This document shows positions 61,560 to 64,000 of a DNA stretch of 64,000 nucleotides, one piece after another. This stretch comes from a bacterium. GTDB lineage: Bacteria > SZUA-182 > DTGQ01 > JAFGSM01. A program made the translations under genes and the position numbers. Where the stretch lies: positions 35,252-99,251 of the forward strand of contig JBLIRP010000002.1 of NCBI GenBank assembly GCA_049472355.1, written 5' to 3'. The notes under the pieces were generated by a model, which had not been told where the DNA came from, made no database searches, and saw only the letters and a program-made list of their open reading frames with translations. Position 1 is the stretch's first letter. Each line of letters begins with the position of its first letter.

Positions 61560-62870
61560 ATGTCTGCGAATATAAACAATGAATGCGACATAACCATCGA
61601 GAGCCTCTCCTTCGGGGGGATGGGGCTCGGCCGCGTCAACGGGCAGGTGGTGTTTGTCTCCCATACCGCACCCGGCGACAGGGTGAGGACCAGGATCGTC
61701 GCCCAGGAGACGGATTATCTGGTGGGGACCCTGGAAGAGATCATCGAACCCTCCCCACTGCGCGTCGAGCCCCCCTGTCCCCATTTCGGTGTATGCGGGG
61801 GTTGTCATTGGCAGCACCTCGATTACCAGGGCCAGCTCAGGCAGAAGGAATTTCTCCTGCAGGAGGCGTTCACCAGGATCGGCCATCTGGATGCGAGCAG
61901 CGTCAAACCCTGCATCCCCTCCCCGTCCCCGTTCCATTACCGGCACCGGATGCAGTTCAACATCAATCATAAGGAAAGAAAGCCGCACATCGGGCTCTAC
62001 ATGAGAAAGACCCACAACCTCGTGGATATCCGGGAATGCGTCATCGCCCACCACGCGATCAACACGATCCTTGACAAGGCATGGGAATGGGTGAACGGGA
62101 CCGACGACAAGCACCTGCACGGACTGGATGTCACGGTGGACATGGCCGGAGAAACGGCCCTGGTGGTGCTTCGCTACATCAAGGGCTCCCTGGAGGAGAA
62201 GCAGGGGGACTTTCTGGCACTGCAGCGTCTCTGCCCCCAGATCAAGGGAGGGCTCATCCGGATCGAGACATACAAGAAGCCTTTAGCCGGCGCAGTGGGT
62301 GAGCAGAACATCGAGCTTGTGTACGAGAACATGACATTTACAATAGGCCCTGAGACCTTCATCCAGGTCAATCTGAAGGGAAACGAGATCCTCATTGCCC
62401 ATGTGGTGGCCGCCATGCCCCCGGAAACGGAAAAGGTCCTGGAGCTTCATTGCGGCATGGGGAACTTCAGCATACCCATCTCCCGGCATACCCAGTCGCT
62501 TTTCGGCATCGAAAGCAACCCCGAGCCCTACCGCTATGCACTGATCAATGCCCACAACAACCGCAGACCGAATTGCCATTTTCTTAAAAAAAGCGATGTG
62601 CGAGGGATACGGCAGCTCATTAATTCGGGGATCGATTTTTCGGTGATGGTGATGGACCCCCCCCGGTCGGGATGCAAGGAGATCCTCGACTCCATCCCCA
62701 GCCTGGGACCGCGGCGGATCATCTACGTGTCCTGCAATCCCTCCACCCTGGCCCGCGATGTGTCCGTACTGGTGAAGGAGCAGGGCTACCGGGTCGACTC
62801 CGTCCAGCCGATCGATATGTTTCCCCAGACGTACCATGTGGAGAGCGTCACCGTGCTCTCCAAGACGTAA
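61560..62870 (+). CDS. rlmD: 23S rRNA m5U1939 methyltransferase
   Basis: TRAM domain, C.HFGVCGGC.WQH, F.QVN, DPPR.G, YVSCNP.TLARD, DMFPQT.HVE. Confidence 0.93.
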   Translation: MSANINNECDITIESLSFGGMGLGRVNGQVVFVSHTAPGDRVRTRIVAQETDYLVGTLEEIIEPSPLRVEPPCPHFGVCGGCHWQHLDYQGQLRQKEFLLQEAFTRIGHLDASSVKPCIPSPSPFHYRHRMQFNINHKERKPHIGLYMRKTHNLVDIRECVIAHHAINTILDKAWEWVNGTDDKHLHGLDVTVDMAGETALVVLRYIKGSLEEKQGDFLALQRLCPQIKGGLIRIETYKKPLAGAVGEQNIELVYENMTFTIGPETFIQVNLKGNEILIAHVVAAMPPETEKVLELHCGMGNFSIPISRHTQSLFGIESNPEPYRYALINAHNNRRPNCHFLKKSDVRGIRQLINSGIDFSVMVMDPPRSGCKEILDSIPSLGPRRIIYVSCNPSTLARDVSVLVKEQGYRVDSVQPIDMFPQTYHVESVTVLSKT

Positions 62871-62952
62871 TGAGCACATGCAATCGTTCAACGGAAAATC
62901 TCAATAGCGCGTCTCATCCCCCGTGTGGTGAGCGTTGCAGCGGGGTGCCGCC

Positions 62953-64000
62953 ATGCCCGAAAAACCGACCCTCTTTCTCATAGACGGCAATTCATATCTC
63001 TACCGGGCCTACTACGCCCTCCCCCACTTGTCGAATTCCGCGGGACTGCCCACCAACGCCGTCCTGGGATTCACCAACATGCTCATCAAGGTGCTGCGTG
63101 AGGACCAGCCCGACTTCTTCGGCGTGGTGTTCGATGTGAAGGGCCCCACCTTCAGGGAGGAGGCATTCAAGGACTACAAGATCCACCGGCCCAAGACTCC
63201 TCCGGACCTCCTGGTGCAGATCCCCTATATCAAGAAGATCATCCAGTCCTTCGGCATCCCCACCCTGGAGCTGCCCGGATACGAGGCGGACGATGTCCTG
63301 GGCACCCTGAGCAGACGCGGGGAGAAGGAATTCAGGGTGTTCATCATCACCGGTGACAAGGACGCCTTCCAGCTCATCTCCGATTCCGTGTCCGTGCTGC
63401 GCGAAATCAAGGATCGGACCATCTATGACGCAGACAAGGTGATGGAGCGATACGGGGTGGAGCCCTCGCAGATACCCGACCTCATGGCCCTCATGGGGGA
63501 CAAGATCGACAACATCCCCGGGGTCCCCGGCATCGGGGAAAAGCGGGCCACGGCGCTCATCAAGGAATACGGCACCCTGGAGAACCTGCTGGACAAGGTG
63601 GACACCGTCACCTCCCCGGCGCTCCAGCGCGCCCTGAAGGAGCACCGGGACCAGGCCGTCCTCAGCAAGATGCTCGCCACCATCCAAACCGACAGCCCGA
63701 TAGAGGTGGACTGGGCGAGCCTCAAGGTGGGGGAGCCGGATGACGCCACCCTGATGGAGATCTTCAAGGAGATGGAGTTCTCCGGCCTTATGAAGCAGTT
63801 CGCCCCTGCAGGCACGCTCTCCGAAAAGACCTATACGGTGATCCTGGACAAGGGGGAATTCGACGCCCTGTGCGGCCGTCTTCGCACCGTGCCCGCGTTC
63901 GCCGTTGATCTCGAGACCACCGACCAGCGCCCCATGTGGGCGCAGATCGTGGGCATCTCCCTTTCCTTCGAGGAACACCGCGCGTTTTACATCCCCATCC
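62953..64000 (+). CDS. polA: DNA polymerase I, 5' part (runs off window)
   Basis: Hand translation MPEKPTLFLIDGNSYLYRAYYA...PTNAVLGF...GYEADDV...TGDKD...GDKIDNIPGVPGIGEK...FAVDLET. Confidence 0.97.
   Translation, partial: MPEKPTLFLIDGNSYLYRAYYALPHLSNSAGLPTNAVLGFTNMLIKVLREDQPDFFGVVFDVKGPTFREEAFKDYKIHRPKTPPDLLVQIPYIKKIIQSFGIPTLELPGYEADDVLGTLSRRGEKEFRVFIITGDKDAFQLISDSVSVLREIKDRTIYDADKVMERYGVEPSQIPDLMALMGDKIDNIPGVPGIGEKRATALIKEYGTLENLLDKVDTVTSPALQRALKEHRDQAVLSKMLATIQTDSPIEVDWASLKVGEPDDATLMEIFKEMEFSGLMKQFAPAGTLSEKTYTVILDKGEFDALCGRLRTVPAFAVDLETTDQRPMWAQIVGISLSFEEHRAFYIPI

Noticed and set aside
62992..63978. 328-aa minus-strand ORF
   Set aside because: Antisense shadow of polA

Overview
Chromosomal window from a Gram-negative, probably anaerobic bacterium; the gene content suggests Desulfobacterota/deltaproteobacteria (inference). 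The left part (1-7950) is a GC-rich type IV pilin locus: two tandem pilins under a sigma54 promoter, an O-oligosaccharyltransferase-like gene and a PilG/XapA-like gene. It also holds a beta-barrel, a DUF4139 protein, a probable 6S RNA and a CpsB-type phosphatase. The middle (about 7980-35000) is a visibly AT-rich block. It carries a very unusual F-type ATP synthase (order atpB-F-E then A-G-D-C, no free delta, a delta-like domain fused to alpha, internally duplicated subunit a) and a roughly 540-nt GC-rich, highly structured non-coding region upstream of it. It also has two convergent sigma54 operons with the same enhancer geometry: one with a dead resolvase domain, mosaic Fe-S proteins, a membrane heme protein and a hexaheme cytochrome, the other with RavA/ViaA-like AAA+/VWA genes. 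A large PAS/GAF enhancer-binding protein and two colinear paralogs of an unrecognised membrane-anchored protein (one near each end) complete the block. The right part (36000-64000) is GC-rich housekeeping DNA: LPS core and lipid A genes, a secreted metalloprotease, TolC, UDG, priA, an APC permease, tamA/tamB-like genes, a PII-like gene, a ParA-CBM48 three-gene module, rlmD and the 5' part of polA. All calls come from reading motifs by eye; no searches or folding programs were run.
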